NCBI GenBank assembly: GCA_963664225.1 | Contig: OY760937.1 | Coordinates: 1,984,001 to 2,048,000, forward strand | Direction of reading: 5' to 3' | Origin: Verrucomicrobiia bacterium | GTDB taxonomy: Bacteria; Verrucomicrobiota; Verrucomicrobiia; Limisphaerales; UBA1319 | DNA: 64,000 nucleotides | Shown: one piece after another, positions 39,474-48,176 of the stretch | Numbering within the stretch: position 1 is the first letter of the stretch | Layout: each line of letters opens with the position of its first letter | The notes under the pieces: generated by a model | What the model was told of the DNA's origin: nothing | The model's database searches: none | Seen by the model: the letters and a program-made list of their open reading frames with translations, nothing else | Position numbers and translations under genes: made by a program

Positions 39474-40109
39474 ATGCATGAGTTTGTGAAGACGAAGTGG
39501 AATCTCATTCTGCCTGTGGTCATGATGTTCACGCTGGCCCTGACGCGGCTGCCGGGACTCATGCCTCAGAACTTTAGCGCAGTTTATGCCCTGATGTTCT
39601 GCGCGGGTGTTTATTTTCCGGCGCGCATGGCGTGGTGGCTGCCGATGGCGACCCTGGCGGGCACGGACGTCGTTTTAAACCTGTTTTTCTATAAAGGGGC
39701 TGGCACCAGCAATTTATTGGGCATGGTGGCGTTCATCGCCCCCAATTATCTGGCCTACGTGGGGTTGATCTGGCTGGGCCGCAAGTTCACCGCCCGGGCC
39801 TCGTGGCTCTCGCTGCTATGCGGCGGGGTGCTGGGCGCGTTGATGTTTTATTTTGTAACGAATACCAGCTCCTGGATTCAAAATCCCGAATACTCCAAGT
39901 CGCTGGCGGGGTGGATTCAGGCGCTCACGGTGGGGACCACCGGCTGGCCGCACACCTGGGAATTCTTTCGCAACACGTTGATCAGTGGCGGTTTATTTAC
40001 GGGTCTATTCGCCGGAGCCATGAAGGTTTCCGCGAGCATGGAGTCCGAACAGGAGAAGGAATCCCCGGCGGATACCGAGGAAGCCGAGCCGGAGGAAGGC
40101 AAGGCATGA
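39474..40109 (+). CDS. Multi-pass membrane protein, DUF6580-like putative transporter component
   Basis: PQNFS, FYFVTN-SW, FFRNTL motifs; start may be GTG 39486. Confidence 0.7.
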   Translation: MHEFVKTKWNLILPVVMMFTLALTRLPGLMPQNFSAVYALMFCAGVYFPARMAWWLPMATLAGTDVVLNLFFYKGAGTSNLLGMVAFIAPNYLAYVGLIWLGRKFTARASWLSLLCGGVLGALMFYFVTNTSSWIQNPEYSKSLAGWIQALTVGTTGWPHTWEFFRNTLISGGLFTGLFAGAMKVSASMESEQEKESPADTEEAEPEEGKA

Positions 40110-40167
40110 AACCTTTGGATGTGTTTCTGGCGAAGCCCTTGATCACCATTTTGAACCCAAACTGCGC

Positions 40168-40653
40168 ATGATAAAAATTGGCGTGTTGTCCGACACCCAC
40201 GGTTATTTGGATCGCCAGATCGCGGATATTTTCGCGGGTGTGGACCATATTTTCCATGCAGGCGACATTGGTTATCCATCCCTGATTCTGGAATTGGAGG
40301 ATATCGCGCCTGTAACGGCGATCGCTGGCAACAACGATGAAGGCACGGAATTCCGCGAGACGGAATTGATCGTGCTGGACGGCCGGAAATTTCTTTTGCA
40401 TCACCAAATGGATCCGCATTCGCCGCCCGAAAAGATCAAGCGGCGGATCATCCGCGAGAATCCCGATGTGGTGGTGTTCGGGCACACCCATAAGAAGTTT
40501 TGCGAGACGATCGGCCAGACCCTCTTTTTCAATCCGGGTTACGCGGGAAAGCCCCGTTTCGGCCATGGCCGAAGTGTGGCGGTGCTTCTTTGTGACGCCA
40601 CAGGGATCACGGCGGAGTTTCGCGAGTTGACGGGACCGCCCGTAGTCGTTTGA
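40168..40653 (+). CDS. YfcE-like metallophosphoesterase
   Basis: SDTH, HAGD, GNND, FGHTH, NPG. Confidence 0.92.
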   Translation: MIKIGVLSDTHGYLDRQIADIFAGVDHIFHAGDIGYPSLILELEDIAPVTAIAGNNDEGTEFRETELIVLDGRKFLLHHQMDPHSPPEKIKRRIIRENPDVVVFGHTHKKFCETIGQTLFFNPGYAGKPRFGHGRSVAVLLCDATGITAEFRELTGPPVVV

Positions 40654-40717
40654 GGGGCTCTTGACGATTTAAAGCGGGCAGGGTTAACTGGACGATGTTA
40701 GGTTGGTGAATAGTTTT

Positions 40718-41059
40718 ATGCCGACATACGAATATATTTGTGAGAAGTGCGGTCATGAGTTTGAGTTGTTTCAAAGAATTTCCGCGTCTGCGCTGAAGAC
40801 CTGTCCCCAGGAAAAGTGCAGCCAAAAAACATGGGGCAAAGGCCAGGTTAAACGGTTGATTGGAACCGGTTCGGGCATCATTTTCAAAGGCTCGGGCTTC
40901 TACGAAACCGATTACCGCAGCGATAAATACAAGGCTGCGGCACAGAAGGACTCCGTCGCGGTGTCGCCCACGCCTCCGCCGCAAAAAACAGAGAAGGCGG
41001 CCAAGACGAAGCCTGCGACCGAGGCCAAAACCGCTCCAGCCGCCAAGAGCAACGATTAA
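40718..41059 (+). CDS. FmdB-family zinc-ribbon protein
   Basis: MPTYEYICEKCGHEFE...CP...IFKGSGFYETDY. Confidence 0.92.
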   Translation: MPTYEYICEKCGHEFELFQRISASALKTCPQEKCSQKTWGKGQVKRLIGTGSGIIFKGSGFYETDYRSDKYKAAAQKDSVAVSPTPPPQKTEKAAKTKPATEAKTAPAAKSND

Positions 41060-41067
41060 GCCCTCGA

Positions 41068-41754
41068 ATGAACCCCGCCCCAACCTCCATCAAACGAAAG
41101 TTGATCCTGGGGCTGTTCTTTCTGGGGGTGGTGCTGGCCGCAGCGCTGGTTGCGGGAGCCTACCTATACACGCAGCTCACTGTTTACGCCGAACCGGCCA
41201 GCGTGGGAGCCCCAAGCTCGGTCGATGCCTTGGAGGCGGGGCGCAAACTCCTCCAATTCGAGGATTCGTTCAAGAGCAACCGGCGTGGCTTCGTGCGGTT
41301 AAACGAGAGCGAGATCAACTCCCTGTTGAACCAACGCTATTTTCGCGAAAATAAAAAGGCCAGCGCCGCCGCGCCTGCGACCGCCTCGCTGCTTTCCAAC
41401 GCGCGCGTGCGCCTCAAGGACGACAATATCACATGGTTTTCCTGGGTGCGGCGCAATTATATGGGGCGCACCCTTGATTTGATCTGGCAGCGCACGGTCC
41501 AACTTAAACGCACCGGTGACCACTGGACTTTTGAGGTGATCTCCATGCGCGTGGGCCGCCAGACCATCCCCAAGGCCTATTGGGAAACGGTTCAGAATTG
41601 GATGGGGGGTGTGGACGAGAGATTGATCGATCCGTACCAATGGCTAACGCATCTGCCTACAATCGAAATCAAGCCCGGAGAAATCAGCCAGGCGCCCGAA
41701 CTGCTGCTTTACAATTATGTCGCCACTCCGGTGGCCACAACCCAGGACCGGTAG
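41068..41754 (+). CDS. Hypothetical membrane-anchored protein
   Basis: 228-aa ORF with N-terminal TM segment, operonic spacing. Confidence 0.75.
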   Translation: MNPAPTSIKRKLILGLFFLGVVLAAALVAGAYLYTQLTVYAEPASVGAPSSVDALEAGRKLLQFEDSFKSNRRGFVRLNESEINSLLNQRYFRENKKASAAAPATASLLSNARVRLKDDNITWFSWVRRNYMGRTLDLIWQRTVQLKRTGDHWTFEVISMRVGRQTIPKAYWETVQNWMGGVDERLIDPYQWLTHLPTIEIKPGEISQAPELLLYNYVATPVATTQDR

Positions 41755-41779
41755 CCAATGGGGCCGCCATCGCTCTGTC

Positions 41780-43141
41780 ATGATGACTTTGTTGCGTTTA
41801 GTTTTGTGCATTCTTGCCGCTGTTGTTTGTAACAGCCCAAGCCTCCTGGCCCAAACGCCCCGGCTCAATGCCATACTCCCGACCACCAACGACGTGACAG
41901 CGCGAAGCGCCAGCCAGCAATTCATCATTCATGGCAAAAAGCTCCTGAATCGTTCCGTGGCGCCCCTGTCCGGCACCGGCGCAAACCTGATCCGCCTGGA
42001 CCCTCCGCTTCTGGCGGTGACTTGCGAACGGGTGAAGACTGGAATTTTGCGGGAACTGGATGCGACGGACCAATGGCAGGGCAAAATCCATGTCACCATT
42101 CAAAACTTTTCGGATCCGCGCCGCCCGATCGATATTCGTACTGAGCATTTCTCCAACGGCTGGCAATACCATGTTTATGTGCCTGAATCGGTGACGCCCG
42201 AACGCCTGATCCGCGGACTTACCGAGGTGGTTTTGCTGGAAATAGCCAACCGCGAAGGGCAGCCCCACATGGCGGAACTGCCCCTCTGGCTTAGTGAAGG
42301 CTTTACAGGGCTGCTGCTCAGCCACGGCGGCGCCGATTTGGTATTGCGCCCCGAATCGCGCACCGCCCGCCGGGAAATGCCCGGCGATCCCAACCGCAGT
42401 GTGAGCGATTACCTGGCCCATCACCCGGCGTTGACCATCACCCAATTGGGCCTGCCCACGCCCGACCTGTTAAATGGCGAATCGTGGCAAACCTACCAAG
42501 CCTCGTCACAATGGCTGGTCATCGAACTCTTGCGGATGCCCGAGGGGCGCGCACGGCTCCGGCTCTTCCTGAGCCTGCTGCCCAGAAACCTGAACTGGCA
42601 ATTGGGATTCCTCACCGCGTTCAACCCGCAATTCAACAGTCTGCTCGATCTCGAAAAATGGTGGGCGATGTGCCTGCTCGATACGCGGGGTCGCGAGCGA
42701 TGGCAGGGTTGGAGCCGCCAGGCAAGCTGGGATAAACTCCACGCCATCATCCACCTGCCCGCCCAGGAAATCCCGAAACCGGGCGCCACAGCCTCCTGGT
42801 CCGAAGTCACGTTACAGCAAGTCATCGAATGGTGGGATTTCCAGAACCAAAAGGCCATCCTGAACAGCGTTTTGCAAAAGCTCCAGATCTTGCGGATGAA
42901 TAGCTCGCCCGAGATTGTGCCTCTGATTCAGGAGTACCAGCAAACCTTGAGCAACTATCTGGAGCAACGGTCCAAAGCGGGTTACGAAGGAGAAGGAAGA
43001 GGTCGGAAAACCTTCAACGCGAACCTCGTCATCAAGAATGTCATCAAGCGCCTCAACGGCCTGGATGCCCAGTTGGAAGCCTTCCGCCAGAATGCCGGCA
43101 CCGCCAATTCAGCCCCCTCCCCCGCGCGCCGTTCCCGTTAA
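41780..43141 (+). CDS. Secreted hypothetical protein (possible degenerate peptidase-like fold)
   Basis: Signal peptide; PLWLSEG motif but no intact HExxH. Confidence 0.75.
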   Translation: MMTLLRLVLCILAAVVCNSPSLLAQTPRLNAILPTTNDVTARSASQQFIIHGKKLLNRSVAPLSGTGANLIRLDPPLLAVTCERVKTGILRELDATDQWQGKIHVTIQNFSDPRRPIDIRTEHFSNGWQYHVYVPESVTPERLIRGLTEVVLLEIANREGQPHMAELPLWLSEGFTGLLLSHGGADLVLRPESRTARREMPGDPNRSVSDYLAHHPALTITQLGLPTPDLLNGESWQTYQASSQWLVIELLRMPEGRARLRLFLSLLPRNLNWQLGFLTAFNPQFNSLLDLEKWWAMCLLDTRGRERWQGWSRQASWDKLHAIIHLPAQEIPKPGATASWSEVTLQQVIEWWDFQNQKAILNSVLQKLQILRMNSSPEIVPLIQEYQQTLSNYLEQRSKAGYEGEGRGRKTFNANLVIKNVIKRLNGLDAQLEAFRQNAGTANSAPSPARRSR

Positions 43142-43456
43142 ACGCGCGCTCCAATCCATGGCTCGATGGCGAATCCAGAGCCACAGGATTCGCGCATCAA
43201 AATAAAGGGCTTAAGTATTTCCAAGAAAATGCCGATGGAATAACTGTCCGAAATGGTGGGCAGCAATCCGATCATCCCGGACGGGATGGGACCGGGGAAA
43301 GTTTGAGATTTGCCGGCTGCAATATCCTCGTACAGGCAGGTACATCGTATCCGTCAGGCGAAGTGGCAATAGGCAATGTGGGGCTGGCCTGATTAGATTG
43401 GCGGCGTGAAAGGCGAATATGGCAACTTTCAGAAGTCACCCGCAACAAGGCATCGG

Positions 43457-45106
43457 TTACTTGGGCAACTGTGCGAGCGCTTCGGGATGTGCCTTGGCCC
43501 AGGCTTTTGGGGTAATGGTTGGCACCTCACTTTGCTGCATGTTGGGGAGGCGGCTGAGCACATCACGCAAATAGAGGGCCGGATTGATTTTATGGCGATG
43601 ACAACTGCCCAGGATCGAGTAGATCACGGCGCTTCGCCAGCCCGCCTCGGGATGGCCAATGAACAGGAAGTTCTTTTTCCCAATGGCCGTGGGCCGAATT
43701 ATGTTCTCGATCGGATTATTATCAATCGCCACCTCCCCGAACTGGGCATATTGATTCAACTCTGTCCACAAACCCCTGGCATAATGGATGGCCTTGCCCA
43801 GAAGGCTTTGGGGCAAAATCTTGGGCTCGATTTTCTCCAGCGCCCTTCCAATGCGCGCGAGCACGGGCTTGGCCTCCGCAGCCCGCACGGCTTCCCGCAG
43901 GTTGGGCCCGGCCTTCTGCTGGCTCAGACGTCGTTCAATCTCATAGAGCAGGCTGATTTGCTTCAAAAACCAGGCCGCGTGCCGGTCATGATCCTTGGCC
44001 TTATGGAAATATCGCCGGCAATGGGCCCAGCAACCGATCAGGGTCCAATCCTCCCGTTCCCTAGCCAAAGATTGATAGACGCCATAGCCATCGCATTGGA
44101 GCTTGCCCTTGAAAGTCTCCAGAAACGCCTTGGGTCCTTCCCGGCCCCGGCTGGTCTTCCACTCGAAAATCACATCTCCGCCTGGCTGGCCATACACCCA
44201 GAAGTATCCCGTGCAACTGCGCCCGGGCACTTCCCGGTCCAGATATTGAATGGGGGTCTCGTCGGCTTGAAGATATTTGGCGGCGCGCAGTCCAGCGGCC
44301 ATCTCGCGATAGACCGGCAGGAACCAATCGGCCAGGCGTTCGGTCCAATCGACCATTGTCTGCCGGGCGATGGGCACCCTGTGTCGTTCCCGGAAGATCT
44401 TTTCCAGCCGGTAAAAGGGCAGATGATCTTCAAAGCGGCTCAAAATCAAGTGGACCAGCAAGCCCACTCCCGGCAGTCCTTTTTCGATCAGCCGGTTGGG
44501 CAGCTCCGCGATCAGAACCTCCCTGACCTCGGGCAACGAGGTCATTGCCAGGGCCAACGCCAGCGGCGGCAGCTTGCCTTCCGGTGTCGTGAGCGAAATT
44601 TCGGGGGCCGGGGCCGCCGCAGTCCGACGCACAAACTTTGGCCGCGTAATTTCCCTCCAGAAAAACCGGCCCGGCTCATAGTCCAATTCCCGTGTGATCA
44701 GCTGGTCAATCTGGCGGAACTGGTCCGGGTTGGCTTTCACCTCGTCGGGCAGCAGCACCACCTTTTCAATGGGCAGATTCTCCGGAATCCCCGAACGGGC
44801 CGGTTTGCGATTTGTCGTGGCTTTGGAAGCCGGGGCGGATTGGACCGGGGTGGCCGCAACCGGGGCGGAGGTTCCTGCCAGTCCGCTCAAGAGCAGAAGC
44901 AGTTGGTTGGGATCGAGGGTCTCGTTTTTGGGTGAACCAAAATACTGGCGGATCAGGGCATCGATTTTCTGGCGCAGGAGCTTGTTCTCGCTGGACAGAG
45001 ACTGCACCTGACTTTCGAGCTGACCAACGGCCTGGAGGACGACACCGCGGAAGGACTCGGGCATCTGAGCCAGAAGTTCGGGAGTCAGTGACGGTGCTGG
45101 ATTCAT
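43457..45106 (-). CDS. tnpC: IS66 DDE transposase
   Basis: DHLPFYR, ADETP, LQCDGY, CWAHCRRYF, IDNN-IE, GKKNFLF. Confidence 0.95.
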   Translation of the reverse strand: MNPAPSLTPELLAQMPESFRGVVLQAVGQLESQVQSLSSENKLLRQKIDALIRQYFGSPKNETLDPNQLLLLLSGLAGTSAPVAATPVQSAPASKATTNRKPARSGIPENLPIEKVVLLPDEVKANPDQFRQIDQLITRELDYEPGRFFWREITRPKFVRRTAAAPAPEISLTTPEGKLPPLALALAMTSLPEVREVLIAELPNRLIEKGLPGVGLLVHLILSRFEDHLPFYRLEKIFRERHRVPIARQTMVDWTERLADWFLPVYREMAAGLRAAKYLQADETPIQYLDREVPGRSCTGYFWVYGQPGGDVIFEWKTSRGREGPKAFLETFKGKLQCDGYGVYQSLAREREDWTLIGCWAHCRRYFHKAKDHDRHAAWFLKQISLLYEIERRLSQQKAGPNLREAVRAAEAKPVLARIGRALEKIEPKILPQSLLGKAIHYARGLWTELNQYAQFGEVAIDNNPIENIIRPTAIGKKNFLFIGHPEAGWRSAVIYSILGSCHRHKINPALYLRDVLSRLPNMQQSEVPTITPKAWAKAHPEALAQLPK

Positions 45107-45172
45107 TGTTATTACTCATAACAATATAAATTATTATGTCAATAGTTATACGCAATTTATTTTAAGAATCTT

Positions 45173-45508
45173 TCAGTTTCGCCGCCAGTCTTTGCGTGCG
45201 CGGATCTCCAATCCGTTGACTAACGCGCTGAGTTCCTCGGCGCGCAAGTTTGCCTGCAATCCCTCCCCTTGTGGCCAGGTAAATCGACCCCGCTCCAAAC
45301 GTTTTGTGCTGACCCAAAGTCCGCTGCCGTCCCAGTAAAGGGCCTTGAGACGGTTCCGGTGTTTGTTGGTGAACAAAAAAAGATGGCCCGAGAGAGGATC
45401 CTGACGCAAGGACTCCTGGACCCAGGCACACAGCCCGTTAAAGGACTGGCGCAAGTCCATCGGAGCCAGGGCAACGAAGATACGTGTGGCGGCAGTGGGC
45501 GTGATCAT
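45173..45508 (-). CDS. tnpB: IS66 accessory protein TnpB
   Basis: DLRQSFNGL, LFLFTN, LYWDGSGLWV-KRLE-GRF-WP. Confidence 0.93.
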   Translation of the reverse strand: MITPTAATRIFVALAPMDLRQSFNGLCAWVQESLRQDPLSGHLFLFTNKHRNRLKALYWDGSGLWVSTKRLERGRFTWPQGEGLQANLRAEELSALVNGLEIRARKDWRRN

Positions 45509-45852
45509 GAACGCGCCCCAAGCCAGGGTTGCAAAAGTCGGTCGGCCAGGTCCCCAGTCAGGCGCACCGCGGTCCCGTCGGCAAAGGTGATTTCCGCAGC
45601 CCAAGGCGAATTTCCCAGCAGGGAAGCCAGAGGGACTTCCTGCAGGCGTGGCAGTGCGGGTGGTTCCACGGCGGTGGGCACCGGGTCTCTGAGCCACCTC
45701 CCCAATGTGGACAATCCGATGCCATACTCAGAAGCAAAGGCGCGCCGCGTCAATCCACTCTGGTGATAGCGAAGGATCCATTGGGCACGTTGTTCACATG
45801 TGGTTTGCGGAAATCGATTTGAGGATGCAGTTCGGTGCTTCACGCCCCCCAT
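45505..45852 (-). CDS. tnpA: IS66 accessory protein TnpA (HTH)
   Basis: SGLTRRAFASEYGIGLSTLGRW; ATGA overlap with tnpB. Confidence 0.85.
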   Translation of the reverse strand: MGGVKHRTASSNRFPQTTCEQRAQWILRYHQSGLTRRAFASEYGIGLSTLGRWLRDPVPTAVEPPALPRLQEVPLASLLGNSPWAAEITFADGTAVRLTGDLADRLLQPWLGARS

Positions 45853-46041
45853 TTAACCACTTCAGCCCGGCCATTGCCTATAGCCACTTCGCCTGACGGA
45901 TACGGTACATCGATGTTGACGCAGGCGGTTTGACCTCGCCATTGGCATTAAACGGTTTTGTAAAGTTACAGACGTTGCCGGTGACAGGTTGGATCAACTC
46001 GGGCGGCGCTTTGGCGCCGCCCGAGCCATTGCCCGTATCGA

Positions 46042-46755
46042 TCAGGCCATTTTTTGGATTTGGGCCAGGATATTCTCGGCGGCGGCGCGTGGATTTTCCG
46101 CCGCGCAAATCGGACGTCCGATCACCAGCCAGGTGGCCCCCGCTTCAACAGCTTCTTTCGGTCCCAAAGTGCGTTTTTGATCGTTGGCGGCGTCCGTGGT
46201 GGCGCGTATGCCGGGCGTCACAAGGGCCATTTTTTCAGGAATCACCCGGCGCAAGGCGCGAATTTCCAGGGGCGAACAGACCAGGCCGCGCAATCCCGCA
46301 TCCACCGCCAGCCCGGCCAGGCGCTCCACCTGTTTCTCCACAGTTAGTGAAAAACCGATGCGGTTCAATTCGGCTCCGTCCAGGCTGGTCAACACGGTGA
46401 CACCCAACACAATCGGGGCCGGCTTTTTCAATTCAGCCGCCGCTTCCTGCGCTGCGCGCTCCGCCGCCTGCAACATCGCAAGACCCCCGGAAGTATGGAT
46501 GGTGAGCATTTGCACGTCCATCTGCACCGCAGCGCGGACGCCCTTCGCCACGGTATTGGGGATGTCATGGAATTTGAGATCCAGAAACACCGGCGCGCCC
46601 AGTTCGCGGATGCGCCGCACGATGTCCGGTCCCGCCGTCGTAAACAGTTCGTTGCCGATTTTAAAGCAGCCGACCGCCGGAGCCAACTCCCGCGCCAGCT
46701 TCAACGCAGCCCCGGGTTCCGACACGTCCAGAGCGACAATGATAGGATTCCGCAT
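46042..46755 (-). CDS. pyrF: Orotidine-5'-phosphate decarboxylase
   Basis: IVALD, VFLDLKFHDIPNTV, VTVLTS, VTPGIR, DQKR, VIGRPI. Confidence 0.96.
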   Translation of the reverse strand: MRNPIIVALDVSEPGAALKLARELAPAVGCFKIGNELFTTAGPDIVRRIRELGAPVFLDLKFHDIPNTVAKGVRAAVQMDVQMLTIHTSGGLAMLQAAERAAQEAAAELKKPAPIVLGVTVLTSLDGAELNRIGFSLTVEKQVERLAGLAVDAGLRGLVCSPLEIRALRRVIPEKMALVTPGIRATTDAANDQKRTLGPKEAVEAGATWLVIGRPICAAENPRAAAENILAQIQKMA

Positions 46756-46884
46756 GACAACGAGCCTAACGAATTGGGACGAAATGTCAGCAGAAACCAA
46801 CCACCGGTTTGTGGGAAGCAACCCGCTTCTCCAGTTTAACCTGTCTCACCTTATGGAGGAGGCACGAAATCGCACCTTGCGCCT

Positions 46885-47418
46885 TCATCTCTCATTTGGC
46901 CTCGTCGATTTGGCCGAGACACTCCAGCTTGCTGCAAAGATAATAATCGCCGTTGCAATCCAGATTGGGTGCGCGGTTGCAGCAATGAAAGGAATGTCGG
47001 TCATTCCTTCCCGGTCCAGAGTTCTGTTCATGATGGCGCTGACAGTCTGAGGCAGCAGTAAAAACCCCAGCCATCCAATCGGAAACAATAGACCCTGCAT
47101 TGCGAAGAACCACCGGATCCGGGCCAATCCCGGGCCGTCCACTCTGATAATCAACCAGGCTCCCAATCCGTGCATAATCAAAAGAAGTCCGCTATAGGCG
47201 TAGGAAGGCGCCAGTAGTTTGTCGAAGCGGAAATGTGAAAGAATGATCCGGTAATGCTCAGCCGATAGATGGTCGTTGAATCCCATGGTCCGTCCGGCAC
47301 TGTCCGTCGTCTCCGAAGGGGTATTGTGGATGCCAACGTCAGCGATGATTACAAAAGTGCATAGCAAAAAACTGACAATTATGAGAGCCAGAGCCGCTTT
47401 CCTTAGATATCGCTTCAT
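46885..47418 (-). CDS. Hypothetical membrane protein (about 4 TM)
   Basis: 177-aa hydrophobic ORF with GGAG RBS. Confidence 0.7.
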   Translation of the reverse strand: MKRYLRKAALALIIVSFLLCTFVIIADVGIHNTPSETTDSAGRTMGFNDHLSAEHYRIILSHFRFDKLLAPSYAYSGLLLIMHGLGAWLIIRVDGPGLARIRWFFAMQGLLFPIGWLGFLLLPQTVSAIMNRTLDREGMTDIPFIAATAHPIWIATAIIIFAASWSVSAKSTRPNER

Positions 47419-47571
47419 ATGTTAACTCCCTGCTGACGATTTGGAGGAAGGGGTGCGGCATAACCCGCATCCCGAACCTTTATTTATTGTAACCGTCCCG
47501 CCATTTATACCTTCAAGCGCCGCTCGTTGCCGCGGATGGTGGGATCGCACTTCCTGGCCAGCTTCTTCTGT

Positions 47572-47988
47572 TCAGTGGTCATGACCGCCATAAATCCACA
47601 TGGGCTCGGTCTTGCCCGCGCGCTCAAATCCGCACTTGCGATAGAAATCCAGAGCGCGTCCGTCGGCCAGAAGTATGTGCTGGTGAAATCCCTCGTATCG
47701 CGCCAAGAGCCGCCGCATAAGCTCCGCGCCAATGCCGCGCCTCTGATACTCCGGCAGCACCAGCAAGTGCGGGTAGTAAACCACCAGACAACCATCCGAA
47801 ATGGCATTGCCAAGTCCGACAAGCTTCGCCCCATCCCAAGCCGTGACTAAGGAGTGAGACGCCAGCAGCGCCTTATGCAGCAACTCCGGCTTCTCTGCGG
47901 AGGACCACTCGTTCGCACGATAAAGAGCCAGAATGCCCTCCAGTGCCAACTCCCGCCCGTCGCTGTAACGAATGCCGTTGGATTTCAT
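47572..47988 (-). CDS. GNAT family N-acetyltransferase
   Basis: LLVLPEYQRRGIG motif A; FYRKCGF. Confidence 0.92.
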   Translation of the reverse strand: MKSNGIRYSDGRELALEGILALYRANEWSSAEKPELLHKALLASHSLVTAWDGAKLVGLGNAISDGCLVVYYPHLLVLPEYQRRGIGAELMRRLLARYEGFHQHILLADGRALDFYRKCGFERAGKTEPMWIYGGHDH

Positions 47989-48137
47989 GAGTGTGATTCG
48001 GTATTTGTGTCGTGCATTGCGATGAAATCTGCCTTCTGAATGGCATCGACATCAGCATCCAAGTCCTCCTCGCGACGTGGCTGCTGAAAGGCACCAAACG
48101 CGTCCTCAATAATCGCCTGGATTTGCGCCCTGTTCAT
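47985..48137 (-). CDS. Short ORF (50 aa), possibly a gene remnant, coupled to the GNAT gene
   Basis: MNRAQIQAIIEDAFGAF...; its stop overlaps the GNAT start (ATGA). Confidence 0.45.
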   Translation of the reverse strand: MNRAQIQAIIEDAFGAFQQPRREEDLDADVDAIQKADFIAMHDTNTESHS

Positions 48138-48176
48138 TCTGATAACTTTTTGCTTTCCTCAAACACGTCCTATTTA

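Larger units (their letters stand above)
43347..45903 (-). mobile_element. Complete IS66-family insertion sequence (2557 bp)
   Basis: 32-bp IRs GTATCCGTCAGGCGAAGTGGC(A/T)ATAGGCAATG; 8-bp TSD GGTACATC at 43339-43346 and 45904-45911; tnpA-tnpB-tnpC. Confidence 0.97.

Noticed and set aside
43138..45948. 81-codon minus-strand ORF re-formed by removing IS66 (MPMARSNRLRQHRC...)
   Set aside because: The frame is open but has no recognisable motif or RBS, so I cannot support a disrupted gene.
47471..47482. CCCGAAC as an alternative IS1380 end capturing the GNAT gene
   Set aside because: Only a partial IR match with no matching TSD; the TTTAA duplication already defines the IS ends.
46885..48176. 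Integron cassette array (small co-oriented genes including a GNAT)
   Set aside because: No attC-like RYYYAAC...GTTRRRY palindromes and no integrase seen.
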